The notes under the pieces: model-generated
The model's database searches: none
What the model was told of the DNA's origin: nothing
The model's input: only the letters and a program-made list of their open reading frames with translations
NCBI GenBank assembly: GCA_013265495.1
Contig: MU058584.1
Location: 7,840,407-7,904,406 of the forward strand
DNA length: 64,000 bases
Direction: 5' to 3'
Source of the DNA: Vicugna vicugna
Lineage: Eukaryota
Made by a program: the position numbers and the translations under genes
In this document: in pieces, positions 49,916 to 61,790 of the stretch
Numbering within the stretch: the stretch's first letter is position 1
Layout of the letters: each line of letters begins with the position of its first letter

Positions 49916-51373
49916 TTGTGACCATAGGCTTCTGTTTGAGATGATGGGATAAAGCTGACATGAAGTCACCTTTGCTGTGATTGTGGATCCTTGTGGATCC
50001 TTACTGGTCCTGTTCTGGGCTAACCAACTGCATTAATTTGTTTATTTATAATCTGTGGGCACCCTAGCCATTTTTAATCCCTTTCAGGCAAGGAGTGGGG
50101 AAAGGTGAGTCACTTCCTCATTTCCTTCATTGCCTTCCTCCGTAGAGGACACAGGGAAAAAAAATTCCGAAGTAAATAAGAGAAAAACTCAATTTTTAAA
50201 TAGAAATTGGCATGGAAGAAACTAAAGACACGGACGACCAGGAAGACTGAGTTCAGAAGTCTGGGTCAGGGATGAGCTCAATCCTGACAGATATTTATTT
50301 CAGGAAAATTTCCCTCTTCCTGAATGACTCTCCCTTACAAAACATACTTCCCATCAAAGAGGTGTCCTGCCTGTAGGAACTATTTTCCCTGAGGAACGCA
50401 AGACTGAGGACACAAGTGGGATCCATTTCTCATCATTCAAAAGGTTTCTCTGATAGCGGTGCCAGCTGTGTGCCTAGGTGGTGGGAGGGGAGCCTTGGTA
50501 GTGGGCGGAGAATTTGAACCTCTCTGCCCAAGGATGGGGTGGGCCTCCCAGGGCCCCTGGCCTTTGAGAAGCACTAGTCTGGGATGGAAGTTCATCGTTT
50601 GAGCTTGGCAGAGGGCGTCTGAGGAACCTCAAATTCTATGCAAAATTTTGAGTGTATTCTTATTTGTCTTTGACTTTTGTATCAGTTTCTCAAACAGCTC
50701 TGTCACCCCATGCAGGTTTAAAGCTCCGAGTCTGATACAATGTGTTTTAAGTCCTTCCTCCCCACCCCTTTTTTGGGGGGGAGGGCAGGGAGTTGATGGT
50801 GGGAACGAAAACTGGCAAATTTTCCCTTTGATGTGACATCCTGTCTCCTTAAAGAGAGTTCTGAAGGACACAGGAGAAACCACATCAGAACAATTTTCAC
50901 CTGGCTGTTTTCAAAATCCTGACACTAAATCCTGGATTACTCTAATGAGGAAGAAACGGGGAGATGACGTCTGCAGAGACCCGTATTTCTACACTGGTTG
51001 GGATGCAAACTGGACCTGAACCGAATCGGGAGGTCTTGTCCATCAACACGGAAGAGGAGCACAGACAAGTCTGACTAGGAAAAGAAAGGCAAAGAGGAAG
51101 AGGAAACCATGAAGCAAAGCTTGCACCAGCGCAACATCAGACTGCAACCACCTCGACCTCGGTTTTTTTTTTTCTAAAGGACGATGAACAAACAAGAGAT
51201 AAGGACACCAGCAAGGAGTGGCATAGCTCACTGATGACACACAGCAGGCAGAAAACCTGTCTCGTCTCAGCCTGGGGAGGTAAGACATCCTCGCAGCGGG
51301 GAGAATATGGCTCTCAAACGGGTTCAACGTGCGAAAGACCCAAGTGATTTTTATCAGCAGGAAAGGTGATGAT

Positions 51374-51732
51374 CTAGGTCACCATTTCTCATTCCAATCT
51401 GTGCGGCCAAAAGTATTTCAAAATTTAAAACTGTTTTTGTTTTAGAAAGGTAACGTGCCAACACATCTAGGATGTAACACCCCCAGTCTGGATTGGGATT
51501 TCCATGATCTAACTAATGTTTGATCCAAATTCACATTTTGACAGTTATAGGAATATTCACACTAGTGGGAAAAGAGACGCTATGAAAACACTCTATAAAA
51601 GACTCTCAGCAGCCTCATGGCAGTTCAGGTCAAACATGGTCACGGAATGAATTCAGTTAGGGCTCACTGCCAAGTGAGCTACGAAGAGCTCCCAGTTTTC
51701 AGACCTTTATGCAAGAGGGATTGTGGATCTCT
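51374..51732. mobile_element. Degraded TcMar-Tigger-like DNA transposon
   Basis: Weak TIR similarity aggtcaccatttctc ... gagggattgtggatct. Confidence 0.5.
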
Positions 51733-52057
51733 ATTATATATCATATATCATATATGATATATGTTATATATAATATATATACACACACAGATCTCTGCAA
51801 CTCAACACACAAAGTATTTTCTAGAAACCATGCACACACCACCTACTAATAAAATCACTGTAGACATTTTCCAGGTATTGAGATACAGTTTCAGTAATAT
51901 CCAGAATCAGTTCAATTGGACAGTTTTTAAAATAGAGGACACTTGTTTTTCTCAGATGTCCCCACTCCTTCTAGTTTCCATTTCTTGAGAGTTACAAATT
52001 GTCTCCACATTCAAAGCTGTAAGATTTGACTATTCTAGAATGAAATTAGTCTGAGCA

Positions 52058-52650
52058 TGGTGAATATGATACAATAAAAAAATAAGTGTTTGGTCTTGTC
52101 CCCGGGGGTTCCTGGCACCCAGCTCCTAAACTCTGGGAGTCTCTGGAGTGCTAATACTGTCTTTTATATGCTGATGAGATGACTGTGGCTAGGGTCCCCC
52201 AGGTGGCTTCAGGATGGGAGCTGGTTGCCAGAAAGACAGCCCCCCCCCACTCCGTCTCTAAGGAGGGGAGAGGGGCTGGAGATCGAGTGAGTCGCCAGTG
52301 GCCAGTGATTTACTTAATCCTGCCTACGTAATGAAACCTCCGTAAAAACCACTAAACAATGGAGTTTGGAGAGCTGGCAGGTTGGTAAACACACCAAGGT
52401 GCTAGGAGGGTGCTGAGACCTGACAAGCCATGGAAGCTTGAACCGCTGATTTACATATAGCCCATCAGTCAGAAGTGTGGGAGGCCCAGGACTTTCCACG
52501 GGCCCCTGAAGTGGGGGGCAGTCCTGTGGGAGTGAGCCCTTAGCCTGTGAGTGCTCCGGGAAGTCACTGCCAGGATTGGATTGAATTGCTGGACCCCAGT
52601 TGGTGTCGGGAGAATCAGAGAATTGATTGGTTATGCTGGGAAATAACCCT
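52058..52650 (+). mobile_element. MER21-like LTR
   Basis: tttggtcttgtcccc...ttcctggcac..agctcctaaa; ttcaggatgggagctggttgccagaaagac; tgcctacgtaatgaaacctcc. Confidence 0.8.
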
Positions 52651-53059
52651 GAGAGAGGCTTTCATCATAGTGACCCTCTGACCGTGTTCGTGTGGGACAG
52701 CGGTGTTTGTGGAGCTGACTGGTCTCTGTGGTGGTGGTTGAGTAATGACACATTTTTATAATTTGCTGGGAAAAAAAGTGTGGAGGTTCTCACATTGTGC
52801 TTCATGAAAACAAAATTCGGAGATAAACTGAACACTCAGTCAGAGAGGCACATTCAGTGCCTGGCCTGATACGAGAGAATATCTGAGATGATACCGAAGA
52901 ACTCTGTTCAGCATCAGAGACGGCAGGAGCACCACCACCCAGGCCAGTGTGAAGTCCAGACGGACTTTAGTTGTGATCTTGACCTTGCTGTTTACACCTT
53001 TTCCACCTTGGGCAAATGATTTACTATTTCTAAACCTCAGTTTCCTTTTCTTTTATTTA

Positions 53060-53200
53060 CTCTATCTATCTATCTATCTATCTACCTACCTACCTACCTA
53101 TTTTGTTTTTCTATTTCTTCCTTCTTTCCTTCCTTCCTCTCTCCTCCCTTCCTCCCTCCCTCCTTTCTTCCTTCCTCCCTTTCTTCCTTTTTTTTTCTAT
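53060..53200. repeat. Compound (TATC)n(TACC)n plus CT-rich simple repeat
   Basis: Seen directly. Confidence 0.9.
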
Positions 53201-53247
53201 CAATTATTTATTATCTACTGTCATCTATCATTTCCAGCTGTCCACCT

Positions 53248-53314
53248 ATGGTAGACAAACTATTCATCAATATCTATTTCCTTTTACTTCTAGGCATTTA
53301 GGACAATCTCTCTC

Positions 53315-53389
<75 letters not shown>

Positions 53390-53672
53390 GCTACACATGA
53401 CCTGCTCCGGCCAAAGAAGTTTGATGACAGATCATGACTTGTGTCCCTCCCAGCAGAAGCACTTAAGAGCTGATACCAGTGTTCCAACCTTCCTTCTCCC
53501 TGCTGCAGCGATTAGCAATGTGGATGGTGATGCCTAGGCTGACCAGGGTCCCAGAATGAAGACCCGGGGGAGGCCAGCCTCTGTGGACTTTGTGTGAATG
53601 AGGAATACACTGTTGTGTTAGGCCAACGAGATTTGGGGATTGTTTATTGCTTTAACCTAACTTAACCTAATA
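53248..53672 (+). mobile_element. MaLR LTR (MLT1-type) containing a (TC)n(CA)n microsatellite at 53307-53389
   Basis: cacatgacctgctccggccaa; tgttgtgttaggccaacgagatttggggattgttt. Confidence 0.7.
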
Positions 53673-53869
53673 CCTCATCTTGCCTTCTTCTAAAAAGAAG
53701 TCAAAGTAGCTTAAAGAGAAATATAGCACAATAGGGTAACAAAGTAACTGAGTAAATCAAGGATAACCTATAATAGCATTTGCCTCACAGAATGTATATA
53801 TTCGTTAGTGTGATTGATAGCAGTACCAGTATGAGACTCCAGCTCTTCTTTATGTTTGGGTCTTTCTAT

Positions 53870-54170
53870 GTGATGCTCCCTCCCCACCCTGGACACCTCT
53901 TCCACTTCCCACCAGGCTCAGGGAGGCCTTCTTGACCCACTTCCTTACAATTACAACCCCGTTTCCTCCCGCCCACACTCATTATCACCCTAGCTTACTT
54001 ATTTTTTTCCCTTGTACTTGTCACCATCTGCCATACTACATGTTTTATTTATTTGATATCTTCTCCAACACTAGAATGCCGTGCGGGCAAGAGCCTTTAT
54101 CTGTTTTGTTCACTGCTGTCTGCTCAGCACCTAGAACAGTGCCTGACATACAGAGTCAGTGCTCAATACA
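53870..54170 (+). mobile_element. L2 3' end; tail split by the L1 insertion
   Basis: tctgttttgttcactgctg...cagcacctagaacagtgcctgacata...gtgctcaata. Confidence 0.8.
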
Positions 54171-54270
54171 TTTTTTTTATAGTGGTTGTCATGAGAGTAA
54201 TTTATTATGGATAATCTGCAGTGTGAATATTATAGTGGGAGATACAATTTTTTATGTTTAATTATATTTC

Positions 54271-55855
54271 TTTTTTTATTGAAGTATAGTCAGTTTACAG
54301 TGTCTCAATTTGTGGTGTACAGCATAATGGTTCAGTCATACGTATATATACATACATTTGTTTTCATATTGTTTTTCATTATAGGTTACTACAAGATATT
54401 AAACACACTTCCCTGTGCTATACAGACGAAACTTGTTGTTTTGCTATTTTACATATACTAGTTAATATCTGCAAATCTTGAGCTCCCAATTTATCTCTTT
54501 CCACTCTGCTTTCCCACCGGTAACCATGAGATTGTTTACTGTGTCTGCGAGTCTGTTTCTGTTTTGTAGATGAGTTCATTAGTGTCTTCTATTTTCTTTT
54601 TTTAGATTCCACATATGAGTGATACCATATGATATTTTCCTTTCTCTTTCTGGCTTATTTCACTTAGAATGATGATCTCCAGGTCCATCCATTTGCTACA
54701 AATGGCATTATTTTGTTCTTTTTTATGGCTAAGTAGTACTCCATCATATAAACATACCACAGCTTCTTTATCCAGTCATTTGTCAGTGGACCTTTAGGTT
54801 GATTCCATGTCTTGGCTATTGTAAATAGTGCTGCTATGATCATTGGGGTGCATGTATCTTTTCAAATTGGAGTCCCCTGTGGATATATGCCCAGAGGGGA
54901 TTGCTGGATCATATGATAAAGTCTGTTTTTCATTTTTTGAGGAATCTCCATACCAGTTTGCATAATGGCTACACCAAACTACATTCCCACTAACAGTGTA
55001 GGAGGGTTCCTTTTTCTCCATACCCTCTTCAGCAATTATCATCTATGGACTTTTTAATGATGGCCATTCTGACTGGTGTGAGGTGATATCTCATCATAGT
55101 TTTGATTTGCATTTCTCTGATGATTAGTGATACTGAGCCTTTTTTCATGTGCCTATTGGCCATTTGTATGTCTTCACTGGAGAATTGCTTTTTTAGATCT
55201 GCTCACTTTTGGATTGGGCTTTGTTGTTGTTGTTGTTAGTAAGTTATGTGAGTTGTTTATGTATTCTGGAAATTAAACCTTTGTCAGTTGCATCATTTGC
55301 AAATATTTTCCCCCAATCCACAGGTTGTTGTTTTGTCTTGCTTATGGTTTCCTTTGCTGTGCAAAAGCTTATAAATTTAATTAGGTTCCATTTGTTTATT
55401 TTTGCTTTTATTTCTATGGCCTGGGTAGACTGCCCTAGGAGAATATTGCAAAGATTTATGTCAGAAAATGCCTATTTTTTTTCCTAGGTGGCTTATAGTA
55501 TCTTGTTTTATATTTAAGTCTTTAAGCCATTTTGAGTTTATTTTTGAGTATGGTGTGAGGGAGTGTTCTAACTTCATTGATTTACATGCAGCTATCCAGG
55601 TTTCCCAATACCACTTGCTGAAGAGACTGTCTTTTCTCCATTGTATATTCTTGCCTCCTTTGTCAAAGATTAATTGACCATAAGTGTATGGGTTTATTTC
55701 TGGGCTCTCTATTCTGTTCCATTGATCTATATGTCTGTTTTTGTGCCAATACCATGCTGTTTTGATGACTGTAGCTCTGTAGTATTGTCTGAAGTCTGGG
55801 AGGGTTTTTCCTCCAGCTTCATTCTTCAATATTGCTTTTGCAATTCTGGGTCTTT
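54271..55855 (-). mobile_element. Relatively young 5'-truncated camelid L1 with ORF2 C-terminal remnant
   Basis: ORF 55461..55859(-) [11 protein letters not shown]...[35 protein letters not shown] is L1 ORF2. Confidence 0.95.
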
Positions 55856-56139
55856 TCAATAAATATTTTTGAATAAGTTTTGAGTTAATGCTTTGTTCCA
55901 GAATCCTTAGTGTAGACCCAAAAATGGGGAAAATTGCCAGTTACCTGGCACTCCAGAGTTTGGGAGAGCAAGACAGACACACTGCACTGAGCATTGTCTT
56001 CCCCATGTGCACCCTCCTTGACCCTGTTCTGTCCATCTACACCTTTGCTGTCTCTGCTCCCTTTTCAGTATTCTGGTTTTGAGAGATGCTACCCACTAGA
56101 CAGACTTCAACAACACTAATAATGAGAAGTAAAATAAAA

Positions 56140-56330
56140 TAATGATTAACATTTATTGAGCACTTATGATATGCTTGCTTCAAGGCTAAGTACTTTCCAT
56201 TCACGATTTAATTTGAATTTCAGAAACTCTGAAGTCACTACTGTTATTTTCCTTATTTTAAGGATGAGGAAGTTGTGGCTTAAAGATGTTAATAATATGC
56301 TTAAGGCCACATTCTGAATAAGTGGTAACG
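56140..56330 (-). mobile_element. MIR SINE
   Basis: aacatttattgagcactta...cttattttaaggatgaggaa. Confidence 0.75.
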
Positions 56331-56336
56331 TAAGTG

Positions 56337-56800
56337 GTTTAGCTATCTATTGCTCTGTGATAGGCCAACCAAACCACAGTGGCTTAAAACAATTTACTGT
56401 TATTTATCATGATTCTGTGGGTTGAAAAGTTTCAGCTGGATGATTCTCCTTGAAGTCTCTCATATGATGAATATGGTTGTATGTAGTTAGACGTGGGCTG
56501 TGCTGGGTGTCCAGATGGCTCTCGGATGGGATGGCTAGAATACTCGGGGGCTGCCTGGGCACATCTCTGTCTATGGGACCTCTCCCCGTTGTTAGCTTGA
56601 GATTTCTCATAGCATGGAGGCCTCAGGGTGGTCTGTCTCCTTGTGTGATGACTAGCTTCTTATGAACTGTCATTAGACATCACACAGTGTCACTTCTGTT
56701 GCATTCTCTTAGTTACACAGGACCAGCTCAGAGTACTCTGGGAGGTCATAAGTACTGGGAGGCATGGCTCACTAGGAGATTATTTTCGAGACTTGCTATC
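56337..56800 (-). mobile_element. MaLR LTR (MLT1G/H-like)
   Basis: ttagctatctattgct...cagtggcttaaaacaa...catgattctgtgggttg. Confidence 0.75.
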
Positions 56801-56838
56801 ATATTGAGATTTTTAAACCAGACATTCTGAACCCAGGC

Positions 56839-57145
56839 TAGCGGTTGCAAACTCATTTGTCTAGATGGAGCAGCAGGTGACAGGTGAGGAGGGAAGCTCT
56901 GTTGCAAGATAGCTCAGACTGGAGAAGACCAGGGCGCGCTGAAGAGCACAGCGCTTATTAAAGGACCACCGGCTACCAGCACCAGCTGACACTGCCTTGC
57001 GAGACTACAGGCCCTGTACTATTGCAGCCCTGATTTTTAAAAGGAAGCTAGAAATCTAGTTTTTTTTAAATAAAATACCCTAACTTAACCATAGTATATA
57101 GGGCAAGCAAAGTGCTCCTGTGTTTGGCCTATGGGATGCCAGTTT
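56839..57145. mobile_element. hAT-Charlie-type MITE relic
   Basis: tagcggttgcaaactc ... ttggcctatgggatgccagttt. Confidence 0.55.
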
Positions 57146-60100
57146 ATTTATTTAAATAAATAATATTTAAAATAAAATAAACACTTAATCGCTGCACTAG
57201 GTCTCCAAGTTCATGTCCACAGCTCACTAGCAGAGCACACAGGCCCTCGTGATGGCAGGGCCACCTTGCCTGACTGTCCAACTTCATTTCTCACTCCAAC
57301 CGACACCCACGTATTCAGCGGGTATCTGTGATTCCTGCTATGTGCTAAGCATGTTCTAGGGGCTGGGGAATTAGCAGAGGAGTCGCTGCCCTCAGGGGCC
57401 TTACGTTCAGCTGGGGGAGACAGACGGTACACCCATAAAGGTGTAAAATGGCAGATGGCGCTAAGTACCATAGAGAAGCACAAAGCCGGGCAAGCTCCAG
57501 CGTGAGGTGGTGGGCCACGCCTTGCTCTCCTGCCCTGCTCTTCTGTCGGTGGGAGTGACCCTCCCTCCCCCCCCCCCCCCCTCGCCGCCACGGCTTGGCT
57601 GCTTCCTACTTGTTGCTTGAGACTTAGCTTGAGCATCGCAACCTCTATATTTCCTCTGACCCCCAACCCTGCCCATGGAAATTGTTGACCCTCCTCCTGG
57701 CTCCCAAGGCACTTGTGCCTACACTCACCATGAGGTTATAACTAGCTTTTAAGTTTATATTTACTTTTTTAATATCTCCTGCCATAAATTGAGGGCCTCT
57801 GTATTTCCTTAAAATTTTATAAATCTTTGATGATCAAAGGAATGTCTTCGTGGAAATCTTTAGTGAGGGATCCCTGGATGGGAGGGGAATTGGCCCTTTT
57901 CTGTTTCCCTCGTGCCCTCTCCCAGTAAGAAAAGTGCTTTCCTTTGCTGTCAAAACACAGAATGGTGCACGTGGTTACTTGGAAAATCAGGTTAAAGGAT
58001 ATTGTTTACGTCCTTTGGTTTAGAGTCAGATTATTAATGAGTGTAAAAGATTGTCCCGTATTATCAGTGAGTCAAAGGGGCCAAAGCTGACTTTACCTGG
58101 TTGTGAAGCAGATGCTGATATGCCCAGTCTATCTGCATATTCATATATTCATATCCACAACTCACATTTGCATATTCATGCACACATCCATACACATAAG
58201 AAGATGGGAACTATGTCTCCTGTGTCTGCAGGCTGGGACTTGACCATGTCTACTTGCACTAGGTAACCTAGGTAAACAGGATGCATATTCATGATTGACA
58301 AGCATCAAACAGTAAAAGCTGCTCCCGGCACAGCCCCATCTCTGACCCGCGTCTCTGACTTGCTGTGCGCTGTGGTTCCATCTTGCTCCTGCTGCCTGAG
58401 TTTCCAGTGGTTAAAGCCTCTTTTGTCTAAGATTCTGAGAATCTCAGTGAGTATGCCTGGAGGCTGGCTTGGTTTTCTAGAAGACCTGGGGCCGGGGCTC
58501 CCTCTGCCCGTGTGCAGCCGCCCCCTGGAACAAGATGAGGGCTGACTTTCTGTTTCTCAGCAGGCGGAGCACACACTTGTTCCACTGCACTCTGGATGGA
58601 ACGCTTAAGACCTCGAGCCCAGACGACAGGGCGCTGTGGGAAGATCAGTCGCTTTTGTGTCTCATCTCTGGAAACCCTGACTTTGAAGCTGTGTCAAAAC
58701 CTCCCAGAAGAAAGTGACCAGGCTTGAACCCTGCGTGAGGCGAGGAGCCGCTGCAGGCAACGGGCAGCTGTCTGGGAAGCTTGTGCCCCTGGAAGGGTGA
58801 CTGTGGGGAAAGTGTGGCCAGCGGACATCACTTGTGTGTGCCTCACCTCGGAGGAGGAGGGCTGGTCATGGACAGGGCCAGTCAGAGTTGCAGCAGCAGC
58901 TAACGTCACTTGCTGCCCAGAGAACAGGCTGAGCCAGGCTGGCAGGAAAGCTGGGAGGATTCTGGTCAAACTGAGCAATGAGGTTTGAGGTCACATATCC
59001 GATTTGCAATTTCTCTGGAATTGTTTACTTGTTTCACATGATCTTTCAATTGGATGAAAACAAACTTTTGTTTTTTAAGAAATCAAGTTAAAGTAAATGA
59101 CTGGAGATCATTCTTCAAGTCCCACCTCAGATTTAACCTCCTGCATGAATTGTTCCCTCCACTCTCAACTCTGTTCCTCCACCCTTAGTCCAAATAGGAT
59201 TTCTCTCCGTTTTAACGCAACACTAATTTGAAGGTGTCTAGAATGTTTATCACACTTGTAATGCGGTTACTGTTACATGAGGACTTCTCTGCTTCAGCGT
59301 GGTCAGCCCTTCCGACCACGAGAACTTGAGTTTGAGGGCTGGCTTGCTCCACTTTGCCTTCCTGGGGCGGGCAGTGCAGAGCTCAGGACACAGGAGCTCG
59401 ATGGTCAATGACAGAACCAAAGAACTCCTAGACTGGCACGTTTCCCTCGCCCGCTCCTGTGACTGACCAGCACTGGCCACGTTCCAGGAGGGGGCCTGCC
59501 AGGGGTCTTCTAAACATGTTTCAAGTCCATCAGGTCAGGTTGCTAGAGCATGCAGCATGATGGGAGCTTCAGAAACGTGCTATGTCTTTTGACTGCCTGT
59601 ACCTTTAATAGCCATTTTATAATCTGAGAGCGATGAGCAAGATCCCCACTGGTGGTTTGCTGTGTAAATTCCCCAAGGACAGGAGACACCTTGTGTTCCA
59701 CTGTGTGCCCGCAGCGCTGTGTGTGCCGGGTGCTCAGTAGGAGTTGGTGGAACGACTGATCAGCTCCTGGCTTCGTGGTGGCTCCTCAGCCTGTCATTTT
59801 CCTCTTCTCTGCAGCTCCAGGGGGGGAGGGGAGACTGACGATTAGCAAGAAAGGCAACAAGGAATCAAGGCATTTGCTCAAAAAGTAGGATTGCATTAAG
59901 TCATGAAGGTCTAACGCTGTGCCTTTGTTGAAGGGCTAATGTCCACCCTGTTTGTTCTGAGTGAACACAGGGAGAGACAGCAGTCACACAAAAAAAGGAC
60001 TTTGAGATTGAGATATCCATTATTTAAAAAAAAACAAAACACCTTGGTTTGAGCACTAGAGAAAATGTGGCCAGTGATGAACTGAACCCCAATTCAGACA

Positions 60101-60444
60101 TCTTTGGGTGCCTCTAAACTAAGAATTATACTCTGGAAAGCGTTGTGGGAGTCAGAGGAGGCAAAACCTCGTCAAAGCAGTTTCATACTCTCACATTGAG
60201 TCTCACTGGAAGGTCGGGTGGGTGGAGGCCTAGATGTCAGCCCAGGATGAGCCCTTCCCCCACGACGAGCTCTGCTCGGCAGCCGGCAGCCCAAATGAGG
60301 GCCAGCACGCCTGACTGGGGCGGGGGGGCGCTTTCCTCTTCTCGGGAGCTGGCAAGACTCAGGCCAGTGACCCCAAACTCCATCACTGCCCTTTCACTAA
60401 ACTTACTCTCTTTAAGCATCTGCTCAGTGTCCTTGCTGTGGGTT

Positions 60445-60900
60445 TACTAAGTCTCTTGGTTTCAAGTGACAGAAACCCAACTCGAATAGGCTTACAGTTA
60501 AAAAAAGAAAGAAAATGTTATGACTTCCACAATTTATAACATTTAGGGGGTAGACTTCTCAGAGAAAGTTCCCACAGGAATCAGATACTCAGATGATATT
60601 ACCGAGTACCTGTCTCTGCCCATCTCCCTGCTCTGCTATCTTTAGATGCTCACGTGGAGGTGACTAGACAGGCAGGTCCAGGCCTCCCCTTCATGTTATT
60701 AACAAGCCCCACACAACAAAGTCGCTTCTCCCTCAGGAGCTCCAGCAAAGGTCCCGAGATGCTCAGTAATGGCCCAGCTTGAGGCACTTGGCCAGCTCTG
60801 ATCTAGTCACTGAGGCCAGCGACAGTCCTGGTTCTGTTACTGAGTCTGAGTCCTGAGCCCATCTCTGGAGCAGGATGGCATCTAGGTGGGGCCAGCTGCC
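60445..60900 (-). mobile_element. Old MaLR LTR (MLT1J/K-like)
   Basis: ctcttggtttcaagtgacagaaacccaactcgaataggctta. Confidence 0.7.
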
Positions 60901-61694
60901 ACAGACGAGAAGGACAGGTGGTTCCTTAAAAAAAACTGGACTGTTGTTACCAAAAGTGGGGTGATGTTTGCAGGGCAAGTGTACATTACAGCGAAAAAGC
61001 ACAGCCACTCTGTAAGGATTTCTGCATCCTTCCTACATGCAAGTGTTCATATAGCAACATTTCTCTCCATCTAAGCTTTAAGGGCTCCTAAAATTGGGTC
61101 TCCCCTCCTCAATACCCTCTAGGTTCCATAGAAGGGCCAGTATTTTTTAAGAAAGTTGAACATTTTCATGTGGAGGGCATTCATCAAGAAGGAAAAATAC
61201 CGTCTCATTTTTTCAGTCCAGTCAAACCATCAGGAAGCAGTCTCTGTTCCTCGAAGAGGACACACACGCAAAGTTTCTAAAGCCAATTATCTGGGGACCA
61301 AAGAGCATCGTAGATTTATTTGAATGGAACCAATATGGCATATGATTTGAGCCCCATCTCCAGGGCAAGCAGAGTGTTTGGAGTCTGGTGGTGGGATGCA
61401 CGTGGCCTTGATGGATGTTGGGAGACTGGAGGTTTTGGTCCTGGCTCTGCCACTCAGACCTGGGTGAGACTGAGTAATTCAGTTTTTTCCTGAGTCTCAG
61501 TTTGTTTTTTCACCTTTGCTGTTAGGTTTTGGATGACTAGATGTTTTATTTTTAGTGTAGACTATTCCCTTTCTAAAGTATTTGATTTTTAGCTGACATT
61601 CGAGATCCGTAATATTCTGGATTGCTTCTCCTCCATATTTGTAGATGGCAAAACTTAGGCACTGTAAAGACTGAGATTAAAAAGGCCTTTCTTT

Positions 61695-61790
61695 GGGGGG
61701 AGGGTAATAGCTCAGTGGCAGAGCTCATGCTTAGCTTACACGAGGTCCTGGGTTCAATCCCCAGTACTGCCATTAAAAAAAAAAAAACAA
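61695..61790 (+). mobile_element. Camelid tRNA-derived SINE (short form)
   Basis: ggggagggtaatagctcagtggcagag (A box), ctgggttcaatcccc (B box), poly-A tail. Confidence 0.9.

Noticed and set aside
55461..55859. 132-aa ORF with clear protein homology
   Set aside because: L1 ORF2 remnant in a truncated element, not a host gene
61695..61775. tRNA-like sequence with A and B boxes
   Set aside because: Multi-copy SINE with a poly-A tail, not a tRNA gene
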